Positions 31,733-41,442 of a DNA stretch of 64,000 nt are shown here, in pieces; position 1 is the first letter of the stretch; each line of letters starts with the position of its first letter. The notes beneath the pieces are model-generated. The model searched no databases. It was not told the DNA's origin and saw nothing but the letters and a program-made list of their open reading frames with translations. Made by a program: the position numbers and the translations under genes. The DNA comes from a virus (lineage: Duplodnaviria; Heunggongvirae; Uroviricota; Caudoviricetes), in the IMG/VR virus record IMGVR_UViG_3300032286_000363, positions 34,586-98,585 of that record; one strand, given 5' to 3'.

Positions 31733-32263
31733 CTAATCAAGTTTGTTTGAAAAGCTATCGTTTATCAACCTAAAACTTCTAATTGGAGCAACATCTGTCA
31801 ATGTAACCTGTTGAATATCAACTCCCCATTTCTTTGCTTCCACCCTCACTTTCTTTGTTAGAATGTTATCAAGTTCTGGATCAATGCATTTTTCTGCTGG
31901 TAAAGATATAATCACATTCTTAATAATACTCATACTCATATCTGACAATGCATCTTGTGCATCATATACTTCCATTAGAAATATCTTTACATCTGATATT
32001 CTATATTTAATCACTCCCTTGACAACAAAGTTTTGTTTGTCTAGTGTGTACAGGGATTGTGCTGGAAGACTAAGTGTTGTAACAACAACATGCTGTCTAA
32101 GTATTTCATCAAAGAATGGAATCTTAAAATAAACTCCTCCAGATATAACTTTCTTAAACTTGCCAAATCTCATCAGCACCCCTTCTTCATAGGAAGGAAT
32201 AATAACTATTGGTAAGATTTGATCTATCCAATCAACAATAAGATCTACAAGTTTATCAAACAT
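31733..32263 (-). CDS. SPFH/band-7 (stomatin/prohibitin-like) domain protein
   Basis: VKGVIKYRISD ... KKWGVDIQQVTLTDVAPI resembles the band-7 signature WGIxVxxVxIxDIxP. Confidence 0.5.
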   Translation of the reverse strand: MFDKLVDLIVDWIDQILPIVIIPSYEEGVLMRFGKFKKVISGGVYFKIPFFDEILRQHVVVTTLSLPAQSLYTLDKQNFVVKGVIKYRISDVKIFLMEVYDAQDALSDMSMSIIKNVIISLPAEKCIDPELDNILTKKVRVEAKKWGVDIQQVTLTDVAPIRSFRLINDSFSNKLD

Positions 32264-34860
32264 TATTTAGATTTTTTAGCGTTCCTCCCTTTTGCATTCT
32301 CTTTTGCAACTGCAAGATCATTAGCTTGGTTCTCTCTGGCCACTTTAAGCTTTTCCATCTCTACTGTCATCTTATCAGCAGCTTGTTTATTCTTAGACTG
32401 TATATCAGCCATCTTTAATTGATAGTCTTTAGCAGCCTTATCTTGATCATGTGTAAGTCTACCCATTTCTAGTATATCTGGAACAGTGTTCTGATTAGTG
32501 TCTTCAGATTCCACTTTACCAAATCCTGTAGCCTGAATGATAGCAATCTCTTTCTTACTAATACGATCAAGTTCTTTTTGGTAGTCATCATGAGCTTGTT
32601 GCTCTTGTGCCAATTGAGCAGCTTGTTGCAATTGAGCTTGAGCTTGTTGTTGTTGTTGCTCCATCTCTTGTTGCTTCTGTTGCATTTGCTGATTTTGCAT
32701 TTGCTCTTGTCTTTCTTTAAGTGTCTTGAACACCTTCTTCATTTGTCTAATAGACTTAGTGCTGTAAAGCTCAATAATGTCATATAGAGAACCACCATTT
32801 TGAAGAACAGCTTGAGACAATGCTCTAATCTCTTGGAACATTTGTTGATCTTCTGGTCTGTTAGTTAAGAACACTTTAAGATCTCTAAATCTTAATTCAG
32901 AACCATTCACTTGTACAAAGGCTGATTCTCCTTGAGATGTAATGTATGAAAGCGTGGATTGTGGTTTCTTAGCTTCTACATACAATGCTGCATCAATAAT
33001 AGCTTGATACAATTGTCCCATTATATATTCGTGTGCTACAAACAAAGGTTCTGTTTGAGAATAAGATTGTTGTATAGCTGTATTAGTACCTGTTGCAGAT
33101 TCTGAAGCTGATACACTTCCCATTCTTTGTTTAGACATACCTACAAGTTCCCAACACTCATTCTTTAATTGCATTGCTAGATTATATCTAGATTGAATTT
33201 CCTGTGTACGTGTGAGGTCTATATCTCTAAACTGGTTGAAACTAGATGGAGATTTTAGATTCTCTGGAGAATCGTCAATAAACATAACACCTCTATTACG
33301 AGCTTCCATTTCCCATATATCAAGAGCATCTTGTGCATCTCCATCCTTAGGAATAGGAATATGTCTGATAGATGTAAGATATACTTTACCCACCTCTTTC
33401 TCAAGAAGTTTGTAAAGCTGATTCATACATACGTTATATAACACTTGAAAAGGTTTCATAAGATCTACTAAGCTCTTAGCTTCTGTATTCTTAATCTCAT
33501 GAGTTAGTCCTATTATAGGACAATAATTTAGAAGCTTATAAGGTTTTATGTGATAGATGTCTGGACCTATCTTAACTCCTTGATACCACTGATTAATCCA
33601 TCCCCATTCTAATGATATTTGTGTAGGAATAGTTCCACTCTTATATGATTCATCTACAAGCATTGATTGCTCGTTCCCCATTTCATCTGTATAGATGAGC
33701 TTTCCTATTTTCTTTTTAGAAATCCAATAAGCTCTAACCACTACGTATTTATAACCAAAAGAAGATACGTTAGATGTAAGTCCTAAGAAGTCTTTTAACC
33801 CATCATCGTTCTCCTTCATCTCACTCTCAATAATCATTCTTGTTTGTAATACAGCAGGATCGTATGTATCATATTGTACAGAATCTTGTCCAGGTATAGC
33901 ATCAGGATTACCAAGATTTGACTCACGTACATTAATCAATCCATAATCCTGGAGAGAAGATCTAAGATGGTCTATCTCTTGTTTTGTTAAGTCAGGAATT
34001 GACTCAATAATTTCAGAAAGCTCCATGACTTGTACTGTACCAGCTGCGTAAGCCCCCTGAGCTCTTCCTGTGGGATCAGAGATATATTTTCTATCAGGAG
34101 TTGTAAGGAACCACGTGTTCTTAGGATTTGCCACCTCAATGTTAAAACCAAGTTTTGAGTTGTCTTCATATATATGGTAGAATTCTCTTGCAGAAATAAG
34201 CATATCTCTGAAAGCATCTTCGCTCTTTTCTTTTAAATTAAATTCTGCTTTTTGACATGTAAGAACGTGGTTTGCCCACTTCTCAGCTACAGATGTGTAA
34301 TTATCTAACTGATCTTTAACATCTTCCATTGTCATCTTGTCAAGCTCTTCAGGATCTACTTCTTCAGGATTTTGACCATCCATTGCAAGCTTCTGTAAAA
34401 TCTTTTGCTTTGCCTCATTTATAACATATTCCTGTAACACTCCTGTCTTATATTCTAATTCTTCTGCTTGACTGTCATCATCAAAAGCTTTCACTCTAAA
34501 TGTATCAGGTCTTTTAGAGATTTCACCTACAAGTTCGTTGATGGGAGTGGTGATTATTGAATAGTGTTTTACATATGCAGGAAGTTGAAGATCTGTTGTT
34601 AACATATCAGTGAAACTCTTAACTTGAGGTTCCTGATAGAAGTCTTCCATTCTAAGAATTCCCTTTACAAGATCATAGTTCTTTACAAATGTTTCTCTGT
34701 TCTTTACATATTCAGCATAAGCTTTGTTTGCAAAGTAGTCCATTGTATTCTTAATCCAGCTCTCATCTTGTTTTTCTTTCTCAGTTTTAAACTGATCTGG
34801 AAATATATTCAAATACGCATAACGTATTGTAGCATCTTTTGTATACCTAATAATTGCCAT
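32263..34860 (-). CDS. Portal protein (865 aa) with a Q-rich C-terminus
   Basis: Large ORF immediately downstream of the large terminase, start/stop overlap. C-terminal QQQQQAQAQLQQAAQ low-complexity region. Confidence 0.55.
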   Translation of the reverse strand: MAIIRYTKDATIRYAYLNIFPDQFKTEKEKQDESWIKNTMDYFANKAYAEYVKNRETFVKNYDLVKGILRMEDFYQEPQVKSFTDMLTTDLQLPAYVKHYSIITTPINELVGEISKRPDTFRVKAFDDDSQAEELEYKTGVLQEYVINEAKQKILQKLAMDGQNPEEVDPEELDKMTMEDVKDQLDNYTSVAEKWANHVLTCQKAEFNLKEKSEDAFRDMLISAREFYHIYEDNSKLGFNIEVANPKNTWFLTTPDRKYISDPTGRAQGAYAAGTVQVMELSEIIESIPDLTKQEIDHLRSSLQDYGLINVRESNLGNPDAIPGQDSVQYDTYDPAVLQTRMIIESEMKENDDGLKDFLGLTSNVSSFGYKYVVVRAYWISKKKIGKLIYTDEMGNEQSMLVDESYKSGTIPTQISLEWGWINQWYQGVKIGPDIYHIKPYKLLNYCPIIGLTHEIKNTEAKSLVDLMKPFQVLYNVCMNQLYKLLEKEVGKVYLTSIRHIPIPKDGDAQDALDIWEMEARNRGVMFIDDSPENLKSPSSFNQFRDIDLTRTQEIQSRYNLAMQLKNECWELVGMSKQRMGSVSASESATGTNTAIQQSYSQTEPLFVAHEYIMGQLYQAIIDAALYVEAKKPQSTLSYITSQGESAFVQVNGSELRFRDLKVFLTNRPEDQQMFQEIRALSQAVLQNGGSLYDIIELYSTKSIRQMKKVFKTLKERQEQMQNQQMQQKQQEMEQQQQQAQAQLQQAAQLAQEQQAHDDYQKELDRISKKEIAIIQATGFGKVESEDTNQNTVPDILEMGRLTHDQDKAAKDYQLKMADIQSKNKQAADKMTVEMEKLKVARENQANDLAVAKENAKGRNAKKSK

Positions 34861-36881
34861 TATGTAAATAATTTACGTTTTTTACTATTAAATAGCCCTC
34901 TTGATTCAGAGAACAATGTGTTTTTCTTTTGTGCTGAGAACATGGCCTTCACTCTTTCATCACCTGAGCCACCAACTCTTCCCATTATAGGATCCATTTT
35001 AAGTGCTTGAGCAATGGCCAATTCTGCTGCTACAATTCTATCAAAGTTTCCCTGATCATTATATTGTATAATCTCTTCTAGAAGAACAGGATCAAACATC
35101 TTGCTCACACCTGTTTGTTCTCTTATAACATCACCAGCTTCATTCTTTTCTGTATGTATGACTTCCTCCATATACTTCTTCAAGCAGTTGTGAAGATAGT
35201 CAATTATCTTCTGAGCACTTCTATGCACCCCATATTCTCTCTTCACTGTTGTATTAGGAACCACTTCAAGAAGCCATTGAGGTTGTTTCTCTAAATAGTG
35301 AGCATCCCCTTTGCTCTTCATATATTCTATAAATGATATATCATCATTCTCACACAGTGTACGAGCATTGAAATACTTGATCAATAATCTAGCTTGTTCC
35401 TCCCAAGTTTCTTTCTTATCTGGTCTAGCACAATAGCTGGCCACAAACATATCTTGATATTTCTCTCCTGTAAGATCGTGCATCCTTTTATAAACATAAA
35501 CAGATCCTAGAGAAGAACTATATGCAGATTTACCTTGTCTGTAAGGATCCACTCCAGCTACATACAATCCATATGGAGGGTTTTCTATTGGAAACTCATA
35601 TATAACCACAGGAGCATCCTTCATATCAGATGCTTTTAGTGGGAAGTTTGTAATTGGTCTTTTATCTGTAAACTCGTGTGATATTTTCTCACCATCATTG
35701 AATAGAATAACAGGAGTGCCTGTCCTTTCTTGTTGTAACAACTTAGACTTCTGTCTCTTGGCAGCCTCAATATCAAAGATGTTTGTATCCTCGTTCAAGA
35801 ATATGTCATCTACCTCTAATGGGTAGTACATCTTTTCCTTTAGGTAGGCAATCCTATCACCTGCTTTCTTAAGACGTTCAAGATTGTTTGTAGTTATTTC
35901 TTTGGCCTTCTCTTCATTGCTAACAAGCATCTTAACATTGTGTAGCTCACTTGATGCTGGCTTATTTAGAAAAGCTCCTAGTGTAGAATCTTCTTTAGAT
36001 TCCATCCTATACTTATATGAGATGAATAAACCATGTATACGCTTATCATCCTTCTCATTGTTATATGTAAGGAAGTTAAAGTTGTCCACATCAAACATTA
36101 AGGACTTAGCATCCATAAATTTCTTCATATCACCACCTGTACCTGTAAGAATTGGAGAACATCCCCAACCAAATGGTGTTGTAAAACCTGGTATGGCAGC
36201 TTGAAGTCCTCTAAGGAAGTTTCCCTTACCAATCTCATCTATAATTAGCTTACGAGGTTTTGTACCTGCAATAGCCTCTTCATTATTACCATCATCGAGG
36301 TTCCTGATAAGAATCTGTGAGAATGGGATTCTCTCTCCTGCCTTAGTTTTAATACCAAGACTCACTTGGTTCTTCCAATTATCCTCTATTCTTTGCCATC
36401 TCCAGGCTTCTGGTAGGAAGTTGAGTCCTTTATCAATCTTATCTGTAATAAGTTTTATATCTGGAGCGTTAAGACCAGCAATAATGTTCTGACTGTTCTC
36501 ATCAAACGTAGCACCCCAACCTATGTAAGAACTCTCTATCACTGATTTGGCCAAACGTCTTATTCCTAATATAACCAATCCTTTCTTCTCTTGTTGGGCC
36601 CTATCTATCTCATTTGTAATCAACCACTCATTATCACGTAGATAGGGGTTGGCATATTTCTGAGAGATTCTTCCTCTCTCATCTATAACATCCACCTCTG
36701 TATTCCAGAAGTTGAGATGCCAATACAAAAAGGGGTTGATATAAACCCCATCCATCATAGCTCCATTTAAACATAGCTCCTTATGGTAGTTAAAGAATGG
36801 TCTGTATTCTTCAGAATCCTTATCAGGAATACGTGACTGATTTAAGAACCAATCCTTATAGTCTATGCTTTGTAGTTCCAT
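34860..36881 (-). CDS. terL: Terminase large subunit
   Basis: Deviant Walker A (LGIRRLAKS) and Walker B (LIIDEIG) in the N-terminal ATPase half. Acidic C-terminal nuclease-like half. Placed before the portal gene. Confidence 0.7.
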   Translation of the reverse strand: MELQSIDYKDWFLNQSRIPDKDSEEYRPFFNYHKELCLNGAMMDGVYINPFLYWHLNFWNTEVDVIDERGRISQKYANPYLRDNEWLITNEIDRAQQEKKGLVILGIRRLAKSVIESSYIGWGATFDENSQNIIAGLNAPDIKLITDKIDKGLNFLPEAWRWQRIEDNWKNQVSLGIKTKAGERIPFSQILIRNLDDGNNEEAIAGTKPRKLIIDEIGKGNFLRGLQAAIPGFTTPFGWGCSPILTGTGGDMKKFMDAKSLMFDVDNFNFLTYNNEKDDKRIHGLFISYKYRMESKEDSTLGAFLNKPASSELHNVKMLVSNEEKAKEITTNNLERLKKAGDRIAYLKEKMYYPLEVDDIFLNEDTNIFDIEAAKRQKSKLLQQERTGTPVILFNDGEKISHEFTDKRPITNFPLKASDMKDAPVVIYEFPIENPPYGLYVAGVDPYRQGKSAYSSSLGSVYVYKRMHDLTGEKYQDMFVASYCARPDKKETWEEQARLLIKYFNARTLCENDDISFIEYMKSKGDAHYLEKQPQWLLEVVPNTTVKREYGVHRSAQKIIDYLHNCLKKYMEEVIHTEKNEAGDVIREQTGVSKMFDPVLLEEIIQYNDQGNFDRIVAAELAIAQALKMDPIMGRVGGSGDERVKAMFSAQKKNTLFSESRGLFNSKKRKLFT

Positions 36882-37213
36882 TATTTTCTGTTTTTAAGGA
36901 AGTCTTCTGCCATCGATGACAGTTCTCCCTTTCCTCTCACCTCAACCTTTGCCTCTTCTTTTTCTCTCATCGAATCTACTGTTCTTAATATTTCAGCATA
37001 GTCTTTGAGAGCTTGTGTTAAGTCTTTTCTTTGAGCTTCTTTATTAGCTATGCAAATTGGAATAGCTCCTCCTCCTTTAGTTTCTTTCCATGCCATCCTA
37101 TCTGTTAATTGAGAAAATGGATTTGCTTCTATATATCCTTTAAGTTCTTGTAGCTTGTTCTCTAAAAATTCTAATTCATATTCAATTAGAAGAGCTTTCT
37201 TGCTTGTTGCCAT
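36881..37213 (-). CDS. Possible terminase small subunit (110 aa, coiled coil)
   Basis: Small gene with a 1-nt overlap onto the terL start. Positional inference only. Confidence 0.3.
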   Translation of the reverse strand: MATSKKALLIEYELEFLENKLQELKGYIEANPFSQLTDRMAWKETKGGGAIPICIANKEAQRKDLTQALKDYAEILRTVDSMREKEEAKVEVRGKGELSSMAEDFLKNRK

Positions 37214-37709
37214 TATTTAGTTTTTTATTTATAATTCCTCTAGCTTTTAATGCTACTCTTAACTTCTCTCTAGTAGCTTCTGTAATAATTCTTTTACTAT
37301 TTGCCACTCTAATTTTATTCTTCATTTCTTCTGTCCATACAGTTTTATGTCCAGTCATTCCCTCTCCCCCATCTGTTATATTTACAAGTGTTCCTTTCTT
37401 GTCTTTCTTTTTTCCAAGAAGCTTTATATAGTTTACTTCTTGATTAATTATTTTTTGTTTATCATCAGACTCTGAAATAATCATTACATTATATCTAGTC
37501 TTGTTACAAACCTTTTTCCAAAATCCACTTCTCTTTTTGTAACACATTGCTCTATCATAATCTTTCTTTCTATATTTTGTTCCTATTCCTATATAGAAAG
37601 CTTCACTTTTATCTTGTCTATAATGAACATAAAGATAATACTTTTTTTCTCCAGTTATATTAGAAGGAATGATTAATCTATCTATATGTGGATGATCTTT
37701 AACTAGCAT
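37182..37709 (-). CDS. GIY-YIG homing endonuclease (second copy)
   Basis: YYLYVHY...FYIGIG, NQEVNYIKLLG...N, and a C-terminal NUMOD3-like IRVANSKRIITEATREKLRVAL. Confidence 0.6.
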   Translation of the reverse strand: MLVKDHPHIDRLIIPSNITGEKKYYLYVHYRQDKSEAFYIGIGTKYRKKDYDRAMCYKKRSGFWKKVCNKTRYNVMIISESDDKQKIINQEVNYIKLLGKKKDKKGTLVNITDGGEGMTGHKTVWTEEMKNKIRVANSKRIITEATREKLRVALKARGIINKKLNNGNKQESSSN

Positions 37710-37736
37710 AGCTCTGTATTAATGTATGTAGTTTTT

Positions 37737-38021
37737 TTAATAGTCGCCATTATCTTCTTCTTTTAATATGTTCTCAAGATCCATAGCTTGCTTAATGATT
37801 TCATCTATCTCATCTTCATCTGTATGTGGAACATCCATTTCAAGCTGATTCTTATACTTGTTTAAAGCAAATAAAAACTCCTTGTCTGTTATTCCCCAGA
37901 AGTCTCCATAATCAGAGAGTGCTGTTGCTAAGTGTCTTCCTATTGTGTAATTAGGATAGGAGAGATGCAGCTCCTGCAAGATCTTCATAATTTTTGTGTG
38001 CTCTGTGGTTTTTCTACTCAT
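37737..38021 (-). CDS. Hypothetical acidic small protein (94 aa)
   Basis: ORF. Confidence 0.4.
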   Translation of the reverse strand: MSRKTTEHTKIMKILQELHLSYPNYTIGRHLATALSDYGDFWGITDKEFLFALNKYKNQLEMDVPHTDEDEIDEIIKQAMDLENILKEEDNGDY

Positions 38022-38026
38022 GGTTT

Positions 38027-38209
38027 TTATTTTACAATGAGACCACTGCTTGAAGCTGTTAGCTTGTTCAATCCAGGAGATACTACATCCGTTAATAATC
38101 TTTTAATCTGGCCATTGGCTTCTTTTTGCACATCTTCTGTAATACCTGGTGTTGCACATAGTGCTCCTAGCTTTTCAATTACAAGCCATGCTTCGTGTAC
38201 TGGGTTCAT
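38027..38209 (-). CDS. Hypothetical small protein (60 aa)
   Basis: ORF. Confidence 0.3.
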   Translation of the reverse strand: MNPVHEAWLVIEKLGALCATPGITEDVQKEANGQIKRLLTDVVSPGLNKLTASSSGLIVK

Positions 38210-38478
38210 GTTAATTGGTTTAAATCGTCATCAGATAATTTAATATCTTTTTTAATCATTTGTTCTTGTATAAATTCATCAGCGTCTTTGTCAAACTCTT
38301 CTAAAAACTCCTTGTTCATATATTCTCTACAATACATAAGACCTATTGTATCTTGCTCATCTCCCAATGCTCCCACAATATCCACATATTCCACTCCCAT
38401 TGCATACAATTCATCTAATGCATCTAGAAACATTTCTAGAGGAATCTTCCTAAGACGTAGTTCTTTTTTCTTTGCCAT
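38206..38478 (-). CDS. Hypothetical acidic small protein (90 aa)
   Basis: ORF. Confidence 0.4.
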   Translation of the reverse strand: MAKKKELRLRKIPLEMFLDALDELYAMGVEYVDIVGALGDEQDTIGLMYCREYMNKEFLEEFDKDADEFIQEQMIKKDIKLSDDDLNQLT

Positions 38479-38758
38479 CTAATATATTTTTAATTTGTTC
38501 TTCTTCTAAATCTGTTACAATTGCCATCCATTTCTCTAAAGGACATTCACATGAAAGACATTTTGTTTTAGCTGCTAATGTACATCCACAATTTACACAA
38601 TGATCATCTGGTCGCAGTGTTTTGTGATTTTTAGAATGATGGGGACAAGCTAGACAAATGTTTATTCTTTTCTCTGCTGTTTCCCTTATTAATTCCTTGA
38701 TATGTGCTGGAGGGAACATGTTGTTTCTCCATCCTTCATAAATCTGTGAGAAATTCAT
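38450..38758 (-). CDS. Cys-rich zinc-binding protein (102 aa)
   Basis: Four Cys pairs: CLAC, CVNCGC, CLSCEC. Confidence 0.45.
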   Translation of the reverse strand: MNFSQIYEGWRNNMFPPAHIKELIRETAEKRINICLACPHHSKNHKTLRPDDHCVNCGCTLAAKTKCLSCECPLEKWMAIVTDLEEEQIKNILDGKEKRTTS

Positions 38759-39096
38759 TTTAATTTTGGTTTTAATGCTTCAATTGCTAATGTATTGTTA
38801 TTCAACTTGTTAAGCGTTGATTGTTTCTTTGCTTCAGACAAATCTGTTTTAAGCAGCTCTGAGAAATATCTTTCCTTAGAGAAAAGCTTTTCCATTTGCT
38901 TATGTGCCTTCTTCTGATTAAACAGGAATTTCCCAAATCCAGAAATCTCTATAGAATCATTTGAAGACATTGCTGCATTAGCCTCACTAAACTGGTGCAC
39001 AATAACAGAATCAATCACCTTCTCAGACAACATAAGCTTAACTGCCAATGTCCTAACAAGATATTCCCTCATAGAAAGACTCTGTGGTTTATCCAT
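38755..39096 (-). CDS. HU/IHF-like DNA-binding protein
   Basis: SIEISGFGKFLFNQKKA resembles the HU arm motif (VxLxGFGxFxVxxRA). Size is about 110 aa. Confidence 0.55.
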   Translation of the reverse strand: MDKPQSLSMREYLVRTLAVKLMLSEKVIDSVIVHQFSEANAAMSSNDSIEISGFGKFLFNQKKAHKQMEKLFSKERYFSELLKTDLSEAKKQSTLNKLNNNTLAIEALKPKLK

Positions 39097-39445
39097 GTGT
39101 TAGTTTTATTTCTAATGTTATGTTCTCATTAAAGGGAAGTATAATCATTGGATTCACCTTCACCTTTGTTCCATCCTTAATAAACACATTCAACTTCTTT
39201 AGTTTGGAGATGATGTTGTTAATCGTAGGACTTGTACTATTATATCTCTCACAAAACTCTTGTCTAATATTAGCATAAGAAATGTTCCCTTTAATAGCTG
39301 TAAAAGCCACAAGCTGTATCTCTCTTGTTGTAAGACTGAGGTTGTTTATAGCAGAAAGAATAGAATAATACTTCTCTGCTAATGCAAATTGGTCTTCTAC
39401 ATTCCTTCTAATCTTCTGAACAATTATTTTATTTCCTGCTTCCAT
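39089..39445 (-). CDS. Putative HTH transcription regulator; first gene of the late operon
   Basis: LSLTTREIQLVAFTAIKGNISYANIRQEF is a helix-turn-helix-like segment. Adjacent to the divergent promoter region. Confidence 0.35.
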   Translation of the reverse strand: MEAGNKIIVQKIRRNVEDQFALAEKYYSILSAINNLSLTTREIQLVAFTAIKGNISYANIRQEFCERYNSTSPTINNIISKLKKLNVFIKDGTKVKVNPMIILPFNENITLEIKLTHG

Positions 39446-39512
39446 ATGTAATTAATTATGTAAAGATAGCAAATTATTATTACAACATCAAATACAAATA
39501 TTTAATCTATTG

Positions 39513-39815
39513 CTATATTATGCCATCCTTTTCCTTATAAAACACTGATATTATGTTTATAAAAAACATTCCTATAACAAACTCTTGTCTTAAAACATCC
39601 TCCTCTTCTATTTCAATAAAAGACACTCCTATATAATAAAAAGGATTGTCATACCTTTTAATCTCAAATATAACATCTATTTGAATAGAATTTTTAATTC
39701 CATAAACTATTGCTACAATAGACATTAAAACTATAAACACTAAAAAACTCTCCATAAACATTACATTGATATATAAAGGAATCAGTTGTTCACTACCCCA
39801 CCCAACACTCCCCAA
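39513..39815 (-). CDS. Small membrane protein (100 aa)
   Basis: ORF with two hydrophobic helices. Confidence 0.35.
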   Translation of the reverse strand: MGSVGWGSEQLIPLYINVMFMESFLVFIVLMSIVAIVYGIKNSIQIDVIFEIKRYDNPFYYIGVSFIEIEEEDVLRQEFVIGMFFINIISVFYKEKDGII

Positions 39816-39849
39816 AGTTACAGGTGTTTCATAATACCAACCAAATCTT

Positions 39850-40088
39850 TTTTTATTTATTATTTAAAATTTTTTTCTGGGGATGTTCCACGTGAAACAG
39901 GCCCCCACATGTAAATAAAATTTTATATAACCCCCACCCATTGTGTTCAGAAAAATTTTTATATTGATGGGAGTTGAGCCTACTCCATATCAAAACCCCA
40001 TGTAGAATTTGTGTGGTTGGGGGTGGTCCCACACACATTATCAATCATCTAAAGTGCTTGCGACACATTAAATACTGCAACTAAAATT
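39850..40088. promoter_or_regulatory. Divergent intergenic control region with G/C-run elements
   Basis: In an AT-rich background: GGGGATGTTCCACGTG, CCCCCACATGT, ACCCCCACCCATTGTGT, TGTGTGGTTGGGGGTGGTCCCACACACAT, and a GGAGT/ACTCC hairpin. Lies between the minus and plus gene arms. Confidence 0.5.
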
Positions 40089-40517
40089 ATGCCTACACCA
40101 ATTAAATTAACAGGCGAACAATTGTGCGAAGTATCAATTGTATCAGAAAACAATCCGTATAAAAACGGACAGAGAGCGAAGGACAAGAAGACCTACGCAC
40201 AGTTTAAGTTTGAATCAACGGTGTTTACTGTACCAACTGATAACCCATTTTGCAAAGCGTTTGCTGATGGCGAAGTGAAAAGTATCAAACTAATGGACGG
40301 AACACGTGATGTTACAACACAAGATGATAATGGGGATGATGTTATCACCACCGTTAGACAATTGGAGTTTGATTCATTTGTTTCTCGTGCACAGTACAAC
40401 AATTTGCAACAAGACCGTGTACTTGATGCGAGTGTGGAGTTTAAGATAGCACGCTTCCAACATCTTGCTACTGCACCTGTTACCAAAGAATTGCTTGCTG
40501 AACTCGAATCAGCGTAA
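40089..40517 (+). CDS. First early gene; mildly acidic 142-aa protein with atypical, more GC-rich codon usage
   Basis: ORF using GCG/CGT/GAA codons unlike its neighbours. Followed by a strong hairpin. Confidence 0.55.
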   Translation: MPTPIKLTGEQLCEVSIVSENNPYKNGQRAKDKKTYAQFKFESTVFTVPTDNPFCKAFADGEVKSIKLMDGTRDVTTQDDNGDDVITTVRQLEFDSFVSRAQYNNLQQDRVLDASVEFKIARFQHLATAPVTKELLAELESA

Positions 40518-40522
40518 TTCCC

Positions 40523-40554
40523 AAGAGCACATCGTTTAATTACGGTGTGCTCTT
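40523..40554 (+). terminator. Strong hairpin, putative terminator or attenuator after the first early gene
   Basis: AAGAGCACATCGT / ACGGTGTGCTCTT, a 13-bp stem with one wobble and a 6-nt loop. Confidence 0.45.
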
Positions 40555-40609
40555 ACATTATATATATGGGTGGGCATAATGTAATGTAGCAAAGGGTGGG
40601 GATTATTGT
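40555..40609 (+). repeat. Direct repeat copy A, about 55 bp (ATATATATGGGTGGG...AGGGTGGGGATTAT)
   Basis: About 85% identical to the copy at 40711-40766. Confidence 0.6.
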
Positions 40610-40710
40610 TGTATCAAAGCATTCATATTATAAATATTTATAACTCTGTTTAACGTTAAATAACTTTTTACGGGGTTTTTGGCAGTTTGCGTTAAACAAA
40701 ACACCACACA

Positions 40711-40766
40711 ACGTTATATATATGGGTGGGAATTATGGAATAGTTCGTAGGGTGGGGATTATATTG
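40711..40766 (+). repeat. Direct repeat copy B
   Basis: ACGTTATATATATGGGTGGGAATTATGGAATAGTTCGTAGGGTGGGGATTATATTG. Confidence 0.6.
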
Positions 40767-40889
40767 GGGTATAAAAGAGAGTAAAATAGGGGTTGTATAA
40801 GCCTCTTTGGACATAAAACATTAATTCACAATGCCTAAAAACAAAAGATTAAGGCATACATATAGCATTATATATCTGTCGTTGGACTA

Positions 40890-41141
40890 TTGTTCAGCCT
40901 GAATGATGACCTAATTGAGGGTCGAAACAGAAACACACAAAACTTAAAACAAATGAAAAAGCAAAAAGCATTTGGAAGAACATCTTGGATTTATTACATA
41001 ACAACAGCTGTATTAACACTATCATCACTTATTGTGAGTGCAATGACTAATCAATTAACAATTGGTGTAGTGTTAATAACTGGTGTAATATTCACTGTAG
41101 GTATGGCAGGTGCTATACATTATAGAACTGATGATTATTAA
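40890..41141 (+). CDS. Small membrane protein (83 aa)
   Basis: ORF with two TM-like segments. Confidence 0.4.
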   Translation: MFSLNDDLIEGRNRNTQNLKQMKKQKAFGRTSWIYYITTAVLTLSSLIVSAMTNQLTIGVVLITGVIFTVGMAGAIHYRTDDY

Positions 41142-41216
41142 AAGATTGTGACCTAAGCAAGTCTTTAAACTGCTTATATGGTTTTTATTTTTTAACAAAC
41201 AAGAGTTGTTGGTTGA

Positions 41217-41233
41217 CAACCAACTAGGGTGGA
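41217..41233. promoter_or_regulatory. 17-bp perfect palindrome GTTGGTTGACAACCAAC, operator-like
   Basis: 8-bp perfect arms around a single central A. Lies in the 300-bp intergenic region upstream of gene 41443. Confidence 0.4.
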
Positions 41234-41442
41234 TAGGTCCTATGAATCTATCATTAAACTAATTCCTAATGCAACAGGTGTAATACCTTTATGGTCACAT
41301 CAAATATGTGTAGGTATATACCAATAGTAAATTGGTTGAAGTATCACATTATTACATTTGTTTGCATATAGGAACAAAACAATTACACACACAATTACAC
41401 ACACAATTAAAAACAATATAAAAACAATTTAAAAACAAAAAA

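Noticed and set aside
39853-40044. A 63-aa minus-strand ORF inside the G/C-run control region.
   Set aside because: It overlaps the repeated CCCCCAC/GGGTGG elements and hairpin. Its composition is driven by those motifs, so it is likely non-coding.
40555-40766. A CRISPR-like array.
   Set aside because: There are only two copies, about 85% identical and 55 bp long, separated by about 100 bp of intervening sequence (156 bp start to start) that includes a palindrome. There is no repeat-spacer periodicity and no cas genes.
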